Translations under genes and position numbers: made by a program
Notes under the pieces: generated by a model
The model's input: only the letters and a program-made list of their open reading frames with translations
Told to the model about the DNA's origin: nothing
The model's database searches: none
In this document: piece after piece, positions 1 through 9,688 of the stretch
Layout: each line of letters starts with the position of its first letter
Numbering within the stretch: the stretch's first letter is position 1
Source: Nitrospirota bacterium
GTDB lineage: Bacteria; Nitrospirota; UBA9217
Direction of reading: 5' to 3'
Assembly: GCA_963737155.1 (NCBI GenBank)
Contig: CAVTRN010000002.1
Coordinates: 2,656,001-2,720,000, forward strand
DNA: 64,000 nt

Positions 1-110
1 AGGGGCGCACCAAAGCATCATTGCCGGAAGCATTATTGACAGCGGCACGTTTTCTGCGCCGCATGTAACACTATTCTGTCCAACAATCCTTTTCAGCATA
101 ACCAGTCAGA

Positions 111-398
111 ATGCCTAAAGACACGATCGATAATATCCAGTGCCCTGGCTGTGAATCAAAAACAGTTTACCGGGATGGTAAGGCGCGGACAGGCAATCAA
201 CGTTATCTCTGCTTGATGTGCGGCATGCAATTTACTGTTTCCCGCCGGATGAGAGTGAAGGACAGGCCGTTGTGCGCAGCATGCGGGAATCCGATGCACC
301 TCTACCGCGACGAGAAAACGCTACTTCGCTTCCGGTGCTCCCGATATCCGGAGTGCAGAACATACCTGAAGGTTCTTAAAGAAGATATTAAAAAATAG
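111..398 (+). CDS. Small double zinc-ribbon protein (IS1 InsA N-terminal-like finger plus topoisomerase-C4-like finger)
   Basis: CPGC...RDGK..TGNQRYLCLMC resembles the InsA Zn ribbon. CAACGNPM...FRCSRYPECR resembles zf-C4_Topoisom. No InsB or IS1 ends seen. Confidence 0.75.
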   Translation: MPKDTIDNIQCPGCESKTVYRDGKARTGNQRYLCLMCGMQFTVSRRMRVKDRPLCAACGNPMHLYRDEKTLLRFRCSRYPECRTYLKVLKEDIKK

Positions 399-423
399 GA
401 ATGGATTAGCAAACACGTAAATC

Positions 424-1152
424 TTGTTTTCGAAATACCTTATGAGCTTAGCCGTTGCACAGATAATACGCATACTCGTCGTTGATGACGAACCGGATCT
501 TGTGGAGCTTGTCACCTATAATCTCACTCAAGACGGGTTTAAAGTCTCTTCTGCGTCGGCTGCCGAGGAGGCCCTTGATAAAATCAAGCAGGGCGGAATA
601 AGTCTTGTTATACTCGACCTTATGCTTCCGGGCCTCCAAGGCGGGGAACTTTGCCGCATCATTCGAAGTAATCCCAAAACAACGTCTATGCCAATCATCA
701 TGCTGACCGCCAAAAGCGATGTTACCGACAGAATACAGGGCCTCGAAACGGGCGCCGACGACTATATGACGAAGCCCTTCAGCCCAAAGGAACTCACAGC
801 CCGCGTAAACGCCGTACTCCGGAGAGTATCCGGCAGGACAACGCATGAAAATGTCCTCACCATAGAAAACCTCAGCATCGACAAGGAACGGTTCGTCGTG
901 AGCAAAAATAATGTTCCTCTGAGCCTGAGTTCGACCGAGTTCAAGATCCTGCTCTATCTTGTTGAACGGAGAGGCAGGGTGTTTAGCCGCGATCAGCTGC
1001 TCAATGCACTGTGGCAGAATGATACATTCGTTGAATCCAGGACGGTTGATGTTCACATCAGAAGGCTGAGAACGCATATCGAAGACGACCCGTCTCGGCC
1101 CCTATTTGTGAAAACACGGCGGGGTGTTGGATACTATGTTGAGGGGAAATAA
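424..1152 (+). CDS. phoB: OmpR/PhoB-family response regulator, PhoB-like
   Basis: Receiver domain (VVDDE, LDLMLPG, MLTAK, ADDYMTKPF) and winged helix (RTVDVHIRRLR, TRRGVGY). PhoB identity is inferred from sequence style and Pho context. True start may be slightly downstream. Confidence 0.8.
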   Translation: MFSKYLMSLAVAQIIRILVVDDEPDLVELVTYNLTQDGFKVSSASAAEEALDKIKQGGISLVILDLMLPGLQGGELCRIIRSNPKTTSMPIIMLTAKSDVTDRIQGLETGADDYMTKPFSPKELTARVNAVLRRVSGRTTHENVLTIENLSIDKERFVVSKNNVPLSLSSTEFKILLYLVERRGRVFSRDQLLNALWQNDTFVESRTVDVHIRRLRTHIEDDPSRPLFVKTRRGVGYYVEGK

Positions 1153-1188
1153 GGCGAGGACAGATAAAGACTTTTCCCGTGGTTGCGG

Positions 1189-1467
1189 TCATATTGTTTC
1201 AATTCTCTGAATATGACTGATTAGTTCGTCGAGGATGCTCCATATCCTGCGGCGGGAAACAAACCAACCGCTATGAGCAATTGATACAACCAATGTTGAA
1301 GCAGTCTCATTCCATTCCGCTTTAAGCATAACTCCATGTCGGCGCGTGTCAACGTTCCAGGGATTGTTCCCTGTTATTATAGCTCCGCCCTCTATTAGAT
1401 CGCTGATCATCATTGCGATTTTTGTATTATTGATCCCGGCGTAGTTGCGGGTATCAGATCCCAGCAT
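1189..1467 (-). CDS. Hypothetical protein
   Basis: ORF 1189..1563; a GGAGG-like RBS precedes the internal ATG at 1467. No recognised motif. Confidence 0.5.
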   Translation of the reverse strand: MLGSDTRNYAGINNTKIAMMISDLIEGGAIITGNNPWNVDTRRHGVMLKAEWNETASTLVVSIAHSGWFVSRRRIWSILDELISHIQRIETI

Positions 1468-1811
1468 GTCAACCCCTCCCTGTCGTTTCCTCATGATGAC
1501 GGCGTTTTTGATATTCGCCTCAGCGACCCGATGTCTCTCAAACAGGGTCTGAACGGCAACCATTGGTGCTTGTTCGGATCACAGTCAAAATATTAATACG
1601 GGGTGATATCCGCTGATCATATAGTATTATGCATACAACATATCAAGCATCAGGATACAGTGTCTGGATCACAACCAATGTGCCATCTTCTAAAATGATA
1701 ACCTCGCCATATTGCAGCGTCAATGTAACGGTATCTCTTCTACTTTTACCGCAATAATAATTTAAACGCTAGAGCAATAGAGGATTCTCTGCCATATTTA
1801 AGGATAACGGC

Positions 1812-2039
1812 ATGGATTGGAAGCGAGTGTGTTTATAATCTGTCCACAACAGCGCGCGAAACCAAATGGCAGAGGCGCCTTTCCTCAAGTTTACTGGAAC
1901 GGATGATGAAATCCTGCTCAATATGCGATACATATGAGACCAGATCAAGGCCCACACAGCGCGATGGATAAAAAAGAAGAATAACAAAGGGAATGGCGAA
2001 TGGACAAAATCCAACATTTATTTTCACAGGAACTGTTAA
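1812..2039 (+). pseudogene. arsC: Remnant of thioredoxin-type arsenate reductase / LMW-PTP family gene
   Basis: Reads KRVCL*SVHNSARNQMAEA (cf. CVHNSARSQMAEA P-loop) joined to KFTGTDDEILLNMRYI*DQIK (C-terminal helix). Internal stops and a large central deletion. Confidence 0.7.
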
Positions 2040-2196
2040 TAACGTGTTATCAATCCTGTGCAAAGAAATTTTTTAATGACCTTGTGCACTCTTAAAATGT
2101 AAATTGCGTAATTTTGAGGCAGCCAAAACATGAAAAAATGGTCCAGTTTATTTTTTTCGAAAAATCCAGAACGAAAACCAAACGATATGAACTGAA

Positions 2197-2604
2197 TCAG
2201 GGATTTGCCTTGGACTCTGTGTAGGGCACATATTTCTTATCTTCCTCAAGGATGTGAGCGTTTAGCCAGTTTGTCAGCAAAAGCATGACATCGATGTTCG
2301 ATGGCTTGTTCCCTTTGTCCAATTCTTCCTTTAGGCCACGCGCCTTTTTGGCAATTTTATCGTGCATCACTTTGTGATCATCATACTTTGGGTAGCCATG
2401 CTGCTGCATAAGCCGTTCTTCAGCGTGAAAATGATAAACCGTATAGTCAACAAACTTATCAAGGACAGTATCTATAATTTTCTTACCTTCACCGGCTTTC
2501 ATGGCGTCGTACATTTCATTGATCAAGTTAATCAGCTTCTGGTGCTGTTTGTCTATTTCATCAACGTGGACTGAATACCGATCGCTCCATTTCAAGTAAC
2601 CCAT
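2197..2604 (-). CDS. Bacteriohemerythrin
   Basis: W...YSV.V.EID.QH, HF..EE..M..HGYP..DDH...H and WL.AHI.EEDK motifs. Confidence 0.93.
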   Translation of the reverse strand: MGYLKWSDRYSVHVDEIDKQHQKLINLINEMYDAMKAGEGKKIIDTVLDKFVDYTVYHFHAEERLMQQHGYPKYDDHKVMHDKIAKKARGLKEELDKGNKPSNIDVMLLLTNWLNAHILEEDKKYVPYTESKANP

Positions 2605-2630
2605 AAATCCTCTCAATATTCCCAGCAAAT

Positions 2631-2775
2631 AGTAGATGCCACAGGCTTATGTCCGTGGCTCTTTGAAATGACAAAAGCACCCCCTCCTAATTCCTCCCCT
2701 GAAGGGGGAGTGCAACACGAGGGATGCATTCATCCACGGCCTAACGCCCGTGGTCTTCCGCTTCGCTTTTGATAA
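2631..2775. mobile_element. Palindrome-ended miniature element, IS200/IS605-derived MITE-like (family B, copy 1)
   Basis: Imperfect terminal hairpins GCCACAGG..CCGTGGC and CCACGG..CCGTGG. Colinear similar copy at 5504-5645 with the same CTTCGCTTTTGATAA end. Confidence 0.6.
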
Positions 2776-3026
2776 TTTTTACGGAGATGCACCGGTTGAA
2801 ATGCACTTACTGCTCTTTTTCCAAAACTGTTGGAGCCCCGTAAATATGAATACGCTTATTATTGTACCATGAGAACATAATTGCGTGCAATAATAAACCA
2901 AGCAGCCGCTGATAACAACGCTGGTAATTGTAAAATATCCGCGTTACTGAAATGTAAATGTACTAAAAATTTTCCTCCGTCGATATGTGCGATAGTCGTC
3001 GTCTGTAAGCATCAAACGTACCTCAA

Positions 3027-3092
3027 TTTCATGCAATTGTAATGCATTTGTAACACATCTGTAATGAAAACGTGACAGTATGTCCTTAAACG
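3027..3092 (+). promoter_or_regulatory. Pho-box-like array upstream of psiE pseudogene
   Basis: TTTCAT 3027, TGTAAT 3038, TGTAAC 3049, TGTAAT 3060, CGTGAC 3071 at an exact 11-bp period; weak -10 TAAACG at 3087. Confidence 0.7.
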
Positions 3093-3150
3093 AGCGGCAC
3101 GACGTAGTACCAACGGGGGCGAACAACCATGAAGCGCCGGGCAAGGGATC

Positions 3151-3553
3151 ATGGAATACTTTCACGAAAATTGTTGACACCATGATCAATTTCATGATCC
3201 CGCTCGTGATCATCGCTCTTTTTAATAGGGACCGCTCGGGTCATCCTTGACTTTCGGGCCGTTCGGTAGCCCAGCCCATCACGGCCCTTCGACATGATGG
3301 TAACAAACATCCCTTCCCTAGTTGGTCGTCATCAAGTTGCTCCGCATCATCACCGAATATTTTACCGTTACAGGCTTAAGACTCCCTTTATTGCCAATGC
3401 CGCACTGGTTTTCGTGCTCTGCTAAGTAATGATCGGGCGCTACGAACAAACCATGGGAACAAGGATGTCATAGCTCTCGCAATCCTGATCCTTATAATAG
3501 GAAGCAGTAGAATACTGGCTGCGATATTTTCATCAGTTACATACAAAAGTTAA
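3151..3553 (+). pseudogene. psiE: PsiE-family (phosphate-starvation-inducible E) membrane protein, multiply frameshifted
   Basis: Across frameshifts reads FTKIVDTMINFMIPLVIIAL..IGTARVILDFRAV..FDMMVTNI..LVVIKLLRIITEYF..RLKTPFIANAALVFVL.*VMIG..ALAILILIIGSSRILA, matching the PsiE-family pattern. Confidence 0.7.
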
Positions 3554-3840
3554 ACAGGAGAATCACGGATAACAGTCTCAATAGGGTTGTGAAAAAACAT
3601 GAGGAGATCATTCTTGTCGCGATATCCATAGTAGTATTTATTTTGATTGGGATATTTCCTTCACTCAACCGAGCACAATGCATTGGGCATCTATGAAACA
3701 CCGGATCTCCGAGCAAACCATCGAGGCGCCTCTATAAGGAATCCGGTTTCCTATATATTGAGGAGATTTGAATCAGGTGGATATCCCTGTATTTTAATGG
3801 TTCATCGTTGGAGTTAGGGTAGGAGGACACTGCCGTTTTC

Positions 3841-5103
3841 ATGCGTGAACGTATAAAGGAAAAGGTTTTTCCCAAGAATTTTCAATGGGGCGTCGCGACT
3901 TCGGCATTTCAGCTCGAAGGCTCTCCAAACGCGGATTGGGCTACGTGGGATCCCGTGCTCAGCAACATGCCGCAGATTACAAATCACTATGCTCTGTTCA
4001 GGGAGGACCTCAAACTGCTGAAGGAGCTCGGCGTCAACGCATACCGTTTTTCCTTGGAATGGAGCAGGATCCAGCCCCGGCCCGATATTTGGGACGAGGA
4101 AGCGATCGCTCACTACCAGGAAATCATCGATATCCTGCACTCATACCACATCGAGCCGATGGTCACGCTCCACCACTTTACTCACCCGCGCTGGTTTCTG
4201 GAGCGTACACCCTGGCATCGAACCGCATCCATTGAGAAATACCTACGCTACGTTGAGATGATGGTCTCTACGCTCACAAATGTGCGCACCTGGATAACAT
4301 TCAACGAACCTTATGTCATACTCATCGGCGGTTATATGGACGGTTGCATGCCCCCGGGACTGCGGGACGTGCCGCGCGCCCTCATTGCATTAAAAAACAT
4401 CTTTACATCCCATGGCAAGGCCTATGACATCATTCACCGACATGTTCCCGATGCCCGGGTGAGCATTGCGCACAATATGTCTGTTTTTGCTCCATGGAAA
4501 AAATGGAACCCCCTTGATCGTCTTCTAAAGAAGACGGCTAACTTTTTTTACAATCACTCAGTCATCAACGCATTTCGTACAGGAATATTTACGATTAAAT
4601 TTCCTTTTTCGCGCCAAGTGGAAATCGAAGTCCCGATTGCGAACAAGCTCGATTTTTTTGGTGTGAATTACTATACCCGGATCCACCTCCGCTTCAATCC
4701 CTTTAAAAAAATGGGAGTCGAACTCCGGCACCTGGACATCGACGGACATGGCCTTACCAATCTCGGTTGGGAGATCCACCCCCGCGGCCTCGCTAAGGTC
4801 CTCCGCTATGCATCGCGGCTCAACCTGCCGATGATAATCACCGAGAACGGCATCGCAACGCACGATACCGAAGAAAAAGTGAAATATATGAAGCAGCATA
4901 TCGATGTTATCGAACGGTGTCTCAAGGATGGCCTTGACATCCGGGGATATTACTACTGGACCCTCATCGATAATTATGAGTGGCTGCAGGGCCTCGAAGC
5001 GCAGTTCGGGCTGTATCGGGTCGATTTCAATACGCTCAAGCGTACACCGACAAGCGCGGCTTCCTACTATTCCTATCTTATTCAAAGCCGATCTCAGATG
5101 TAA
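3841..5103 (+). CDS. Glycoside hydrolase family 1 (beta-glucosidase-like)
   Basis: FP..F.WG.ATSAFQ.EG, YRFSLEWSRI, TFNEP (acid/base), ITENG (nucleophile), DNYEW. Confidence 0.95.
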   Translation: MRERIKEKVFPKNFQWGVATSAFQLEGSPNADWATWDPVLSNMPQITNHYALFREDLKLLKELGVNAYRFSLEWSRIQPRPDIWDEEAIAHYQEIIDILHSYHIEPMVTLHHFTHPRWFLERTPWHRTASIEKYLRYVEMMVSTLTNVRTWITFNEPYVILIGGYMDGCMPPGLRDVPRALIALKNIFTSHGKAYDIIHRHVPDARVSIAHNMSVFAPWKKWNPLDRLLKKTANFFYNHSVINAFRTGIFTIKFPFSRQVEIEVPIANKLDFFGVNYYTRIHLRFNPFKKMGVELRHLDIDGHGLTNLGWEIHPRGLAKVLRYASRLNLPMIITENGIATHDTEEKVKYMKQHIDVIERCLKDGLDIRGYYYWTLIDNYEWLQGLEAQFGLYRVDFNTLKRTPTSAASYYSYLIQSRSQM

Positions 5104-5153
5104 GATAAACTTCACCTGAATGTAATCACGCATTAACAATGCTTTGCTACCCT
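5099..5153 (+). promoter_or_regulatory. Pho-box-like array with -10 element
   Basis: TGTAAG 5099, CTTCAC 5110, TGTAAT 5121, ATTAAC 5132 at an 11-bp period; TACCCT at 5148. Confidence 0.6.
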
Positions 5154-5214
5154 CATTGGAGAGATAGGATACTTCCCGTTATTTAAACCATTCAAACGAG
5201 ATAAACGAGGGAGC

Positions 5215-5493
5215 ATGAGCAATTCCATTATTATTAAAGTTGAAAGTGGCGTTGTGGCCGAAATATTTTCAACGTCGCCTGTTCAGGTAACCATCGTCGA
5301 TTATGATATGATCGAAGGTGGGGAAACGTATCAATGCCGTGAAAAAAAAGCGGTCCTTTCCATGGTTCCCGAGCAACTTGTCGACCAAGAGCATATAGAA
5401 GAGTTTGTCAAGTCACTCGTGCTCGAGTGCCGGCGCCCGGCCGACTTCGTCCCGCTGTCGCCCGTCATGGAAGAGGTCGAGGTTGGAGTATAG
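5215..5493 (+). CDS. Hypothetical acidic protein
   Basis: 92-aa ORF with GAGGGAG RBS, downstream of a Pho-like promoter. Confidence 0.65.
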   Translation: MSNSIIIKVESGVVAEIFSTSPVQVTIVDYDMIEGGETYQCREKKAVLSMVPEQLVDQEHIEEFVKSLVLECRRPADFVPLSPVMEEVEVGV

Positions 5494-5503
5494 ACCCCAT
5501 TAA

Positions 5504-5645
5504 AGCAGATACACACAGACATACGCCCGTGTCACATTGAGACCGCAATAGCACTCTCTCCTCACTCCCCCTTAAGAGCGAAACAGGACGGACGCATGCA
5601 TCCACGGATGCTAATGCCCATAGTCTTCTGCTTCGCTTTTGATAA
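5504..5645. mobile_element. MITE-like element (family B, degenerate copy 2)
   Basis: Colinear similarity to 2631-2775. Confidence 0.5.
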
Positions 5646-5683
5646 CCTGCAACGAAATTCCTACCCTTATGAAAATTCGTTCC

Positions 5684-5738
5684 TGTAACAGAATCTTAAT
5701 AAACCCTTAATACCTCCGTAATACAAGTTTTGTATAAA
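5684..5738 (+). promoter_or_regulatory. Pho-box-like array with -10 element
   Basis: TGTAAC 5684, CTTAAT 5695, CTTAAT 5706, CGTAAT 5717; TATAAA at 5733. Confidence 0.7.
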
Positions 5739-5745
5739 TATAACA

Positions 5746-6438
5746 ATGATGCTGTGTGACTTTCATATTCACACGACCTATTCGGACGGCTCACTGGAGA
5801 TGAGAAAGACCATAGACCTTTTCGGCCAGGCGGGATTCGACGTTATTGCCATCACCGACCATGTGGTAAACGGAGATAACACGTTGGGCAAATTTGCACG
5901 ACGTTTCAATCTGTCGGTCCGTGGGGACAATTTTGACGAGTACCTTTCCACCATACGAAGCGAGGCGGAACGTGCATGGGACAAATATGCAATGCTCGTG
6001 ATTCCCGGGGTTGAAATCACCAAGAACTACCTCTCCAAGGAGGAATCCGCCCACTTCCTGCTTCTCGACATTAAGGAATTCGTTCCAGCGTGTCTCGATT
6101 ATGAAGAGATTTTTCTAGATGCAAGGCGTCAAGATGCGCTAACTATCGCTTGTCATCCCCACCATACTCCGGACATCTTAAACCCCGACACGCTCTTTCT
6201 CTGGAACAACAGAGACAAATACGCGAAATACATTGATGCATGGGAGATCGCGAACCGGGATGATGTTTTCAACGTGATCAGCCTGAAAAAATACCCCTAC
6301 ATCGCAAACAGCGATTTTCACAAAGCACGGCACCTATATTCTTGGAAGTCGCTGTTGAACTGCGATAAAAACGTCGATGCGGTAAAAAACTGCATCCGGC
6401 ACAACAAAGGAGTGGCAATCACTCTCTTTAGGAATTGA
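5746..6438 (+). CDS. PHP-domain phosphoesterase
   Basis: CDFHIHT.YSDG, AITDH, GVE, HPH and NSDFH metal-binding motifs. Confidence 0.9.
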   Translation: MMLCDFHIHTTYSDGSLEMRKTIDLFGQAGFDVIAITDHVVNGDNTLGKFARRFNLSVRGDNFDEYLSTIRSEAERAWDKYAMLVIPGVEITKNYLSKEESAHFLLLDIKEFVPACLDYEEIFLDARRQDALTIACHPHHTPDILNPDTLFLWNNRDKYAKYIDAWEIANRDDVFNVISLKKYPYIANSDFHKARHLYSWKSLLNCDKNVDAVKNCIRHNKGVAITLFRN

Positions 6439-6487
6439 ATAATGAGGATTGATTCAACTTTTAGGTAATACCTTTAGGAGGCGACTC

Positions 6488-7726
6488 ATGATTACCTTTA
6501 TCATCTGTGCGACAATCTCCATCTTAGGTATCGTTCTCTATCTGCTCCAGGCGGGCGCGGCATGTTTCCTCGTCAGAAAGAACGGGCGTACTTCAGCAGC
6601 ATCGGATCGCCACGGCGATTCCTTTCCTCCCGTCTCAATCCTCAAACCCCTACGCGGGCTAGATGATAATCTCTTCGACAATCTCTCAAGCTTCTGTACC
6701 CAGGACTATCCCGAATTCGAGTTACTACTTTCCCTCCAGGACCACAATGATCCCGCATACAAAATAGCAAAAAAGATCCAGGAAAAACACCCGAAAATAA
6801 ATATCACGATCGTCGTGGAGCAGTGTGCAGTAGGGCTCAATCCCAAGATCAACAATCTCATTCCTGCATACCGGAGGTCCCGTCATCCTTACATCCTCAT
6901 CAGTGACAGCAATGTGATGGTTGAGAAAAACTATCTGCGGGAGATCATGCATCATACCCAGGACCCGGCTGTCGGGCTTGTGAGCAACCTGATTAAAGGC
7001 GTCGGCGGCCGCAGTATTGGCGCCCGCTTAGAAAATCTTCATCTAAACTCTTTTGTTATCGGTAGTGTCAGTTTTCTCGACCGGTTTCTCGGCATGCCCT
7101 GCGTCATCGGCAAATCCATGCTCATGAGAAAAGACGACCTGAACCTTCTAGGCGGGCTCGAAAAATTCAAGGATATATTGGCTGAGGATTTTATTATTGG
7201 AAGGGAAATGTCACGGGTAGGGAAAAAAGTCGCCCTCTCACATCATCTCGTCAGCAATGTTAATGAGTTCTGGAGCATCAAGCGGTTTCTAAACCGCCAC
7301 ACGCGATGGGGCAAAATCAGATGGAAAATCGGTGGATATAAGTACTTCTCGGAACTCCTCGCGAACCCGGTTTTCATCTCTGCGATCCCGAACCTCACAT
7401 CAGGTTTTTCACGGACCACAGTATCGTTCACAGCACTCATTGCCCTTATCAAGGTCCTCGGCGATTCAATAATCGGTAGAACCCTGGAGTCGTTGAAAAA
7501 CAACGATACATTCAAGAAGCAATCACCTTTCATCTATTTCCTTACGCCAATCAAGGATCTTATCATCGGCATAATCTGGTTCGTACCCTTTGTGAGTTCA
7601 ACTGTGATATGGCGCGGAAACCGATACCGTATCGGTAAAGACACCTCTTTATTACCCTGTCACGAGTCCGGCTTCTGGTCATGGGGTTATCGAATTACGG
7701 ACAGAATACGAGAAAGAGTAGCGTAA
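6488..7726 (+). CDS. Ceramide-glucosyltransferase-like GT (GT21/HpnI-like)
   Basis: N-terminal TM, PPVSILKPL.G.D, G.NPKINNL, ISDS, LAED, R..RW. AGGAGG RBS before ATG 6488; ORF is open from 6449. Confidence 0.88.
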   Translation: MITFIICATISILGIVLYLLQAGAACFLVRKNGRTSAASDRHGDSFPPVSILKPLRGLDDNLFDNLSSFCTQDYPEFELLLSLQDHNDPAYKIAKKIQEKHPKINITIVVEQCAVGLNPKINNLIPAYRRSRHPYILISDSNVMVEKNYLREIMHHTQDPAVGLVSNLIKGVGGRSIGARLENLHLNSFVIGSVSFLDRFLGMPCVIGKSMLMRKDDLNLLGGLEKFKDILAEDFIIGREMSRVGKKVALSHHLVSNVNEFWSIKRFLNRHTRWGKIRWKIGGYKYFSELLANPVFISAIPNLTSGFSRTTVSFTALIALIKVLGDSIIGRTLESLKNNDTFKKQSPFIYFLTPIKDLIIGIIWFVPFVSSTVIWRGNRYRIGKDTSLLPCHESGFWSWGYRITDRIRERVA

Positions 7727-7846
7727 ATTACTGAAATTTCAGCGTTCGAAGTTTGCTGTAGAGAGTTTTAACTATGTATCCGGAACTTGGTTTTTACCAT
7801 GATTTTAGCAATATGAGCTTTAAACTCTTTTCACGCAAGGAGTTCA

Positions 7847-9688
7847 ATGACCTGCAACCGTATTTTCAAGCTTGACGTCAAGTTCAATGGCCCCCTTCAA
7901 GACAAGCTCTTCACGATAGTAAAGGGGCCCCTTGAGCATGTCCTTGCTTTCCCCCGGTTAAACCGGGCATATGCCGACATCGCCCGGATGACAGATAACC
8001 GTCCGTTCACGGAAAAGGTCCTGGATGTGTTAAACGTAAACTATGATATCAGCGACAAGGACCTTTCAAAAATAATGATACCGACAGGGCCAGTAATTGT
8101 CGTTGCAAACCACCCTTTTTGTGGCATTGAATGCATTATTCTGGCGTCGCTCTTACGATCAATTCGCTGCGATGTGAAATTCATTGCAAACCACCTGCTT
8201 ACTGCGATTCCGGAAATGCGCAATCTGCTCATCCCGGTGAATCCCTCCAAACAGAAGAATGCTGTGAGTGAAAATATAATGCCGCCCCAGGAAAGCATCC
8301 AGTGGGTAAAAAATGGCGGCATGCTTGTTATTTTCCCCGCCAGCGCGGTGTCTCATTTCGACATCCAGCATGTCTCAATAACCTCCCCGACGTGGAGCAC
8401 CAGTGTCGCTGAGATCATCAGGAAAACGGGGGCGCCGGTTCTTCCCGTTTTTTTTAAAGGCACGTACAGCGCTGTTTTCCATATGGCGGGGATGGTTCAT
8501 CCGCTTGTCAGAACAGCGATGCTACCGAATGAACTGCTCAACAAGGGACGCAAAAATATCCAGCTTCGCGTCGGGAACCTCATTCCTTTTAAGAAATTGA
8601 GGACGATCGAACAGGACTACGAAATGTCGGAGTATCTCAGGTTGCACACCTATCTTTTGGAATTTAACCGAACCCGCAAGGGATACCACGGATTCACATC
8701 CTCCCTGCGATTGAAAAAAGAAAACCTGGGTGATGTCATTATGTTGCCCCGCAATGCTGATATGATGGGCGAGGAACTCCACAGGCTTGCACCGAGCCAA
8801 ACCCTGGTTGAGAGTGGAGACCATGTCGTGATACAGGCCACGGCCGACCAGATCCCAAATATCTTATTAGAAATCGGACGGTTGCGCGAGATAACCTTCC
8901 GCGCTGTCGGCAAAGGGACGGGGAAGTCGGAGGATATCGACCGCTTCGACCACACCTATATCCACTTGTTCAGTTGGAACCTGTCGAAACAGGAAGTAGT
9001 CGGTGCCTGCCGTCTCGGGAGAACCGACGCTCTTGTTAAAAAGCACGGACTCAAGGGACTTTACACCAGCACCCTCTTCCAGTATAAGCCTGAATTTATC
9101 GAACGACTCGGTACCTCTCTCGAAATAAGCCGTTCCTTCATCCGACTCGAATGCCAGAAGTCCTATGCGCCGTTGCTGTTGCTCTGGAAAGGCATCGGAC
9201 GGTTCATTGTGGACAATCCCCACTACAAGACGCTGTTCGGTCCTGTCAGTATTACCGACGGCTATCGTGCCTTATCGAGGGAGTTAATCGTAAAATTTTT
9301 ACAAATGACCCGGTATCGTGACGACAAGACCGTATTGGTGAAGGCCAGGAAATCGCTCAAGTCAAAACCGTTCAGAGGATGGGATGTAGATGCTGCTAGC
9401 AGGATCATTAAAGACGACATCGAGGACATATCGGAATTAATATCCTCCATCGAATCGGACCACAGAGGAATCCCGATACTCTTGAAACAATACCTCAAGC
9501 TGGGCGGTAAAATCGCCGGGGTCGATGTTGATCCGGCTCTCGGAAACGTGCTCGATGGCTTGGTCATAGTCGACCTCACGAAGACGAAGCAACGGATGCT
9601 GGACCGATACATGGGCAAGGAAGGCGCCGAACTCTTCATGACGTATCAAGAAGCGTTAAAACGCGACCGCTATGCGACCTGCGCCTGA
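7847..9688 (+). CDS. Acyltransferase + GNAT fusion, OlsF-like bifunctional ornithine/amino-lipid synthase
   Basis: N-terminal PlsC-like VANHPF..IE and FPA; C-terminal EIGRLREITFR.VG.GTG..DIDRFD, LLLLWKGIG, IP.L.KQYLKLGG. Confidence 0.8.
   Translation: MTCNRIFKLDVKFNGPLQDKLFTIVKGPLEHVLAFPRLNRAYADIARMTDNRPFTEKVLDVLNVNYDISDKDLSKIMIPTGPVIVVANHPFCGIECIILASLLRSIRCDVKFIANHLLTAIPEMRNLLIPVNPSKQKNAVSENIMPPQESIQWVKNGGMLVIFPASAVSHFDIQHVSITSPTWSTSVAEIIRKTGAPVLPVFFKGTYSAVFHMAGMVHPLVRTAMLPNELLNKGRKNIQLRVGNLIPFKKLRTIEQDYEMSEYLRLHTYLLEFNRTRKGYHGFTSSLRLKKENLGDVIMLPRNADMMGEELHRLAPSQTLVESGDHVVIQATADQIPNILLEIGRLREITFRAVGKGTGKSEDIDRFDHTYIHLFSWNLSKQEVVGACRLGRTDALVKKHGLKGLYTSTLFQYKPEFIERLGTSLEISRSFIRLECQKSYAPLLLLWKGIGRFIVDNPHYKTLFGPVSITDGYRALSRELIVKFLQMTRYRDDKTVLVKARKSLKSKPFRGWDVDAASRIIKDDIEDISELISSIESDHRGIPILLKQYLKLGGKIAGVDVDPALGNVLDGLVIVDLTKTKQRMLDRYMGKEGAELFMTYQEALKRDRYATCA

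Noticed and set aside
111-398. Intact IS1 element
   Set aside because: No InsB/DDE frame, slippery site or terminal repeats seen.
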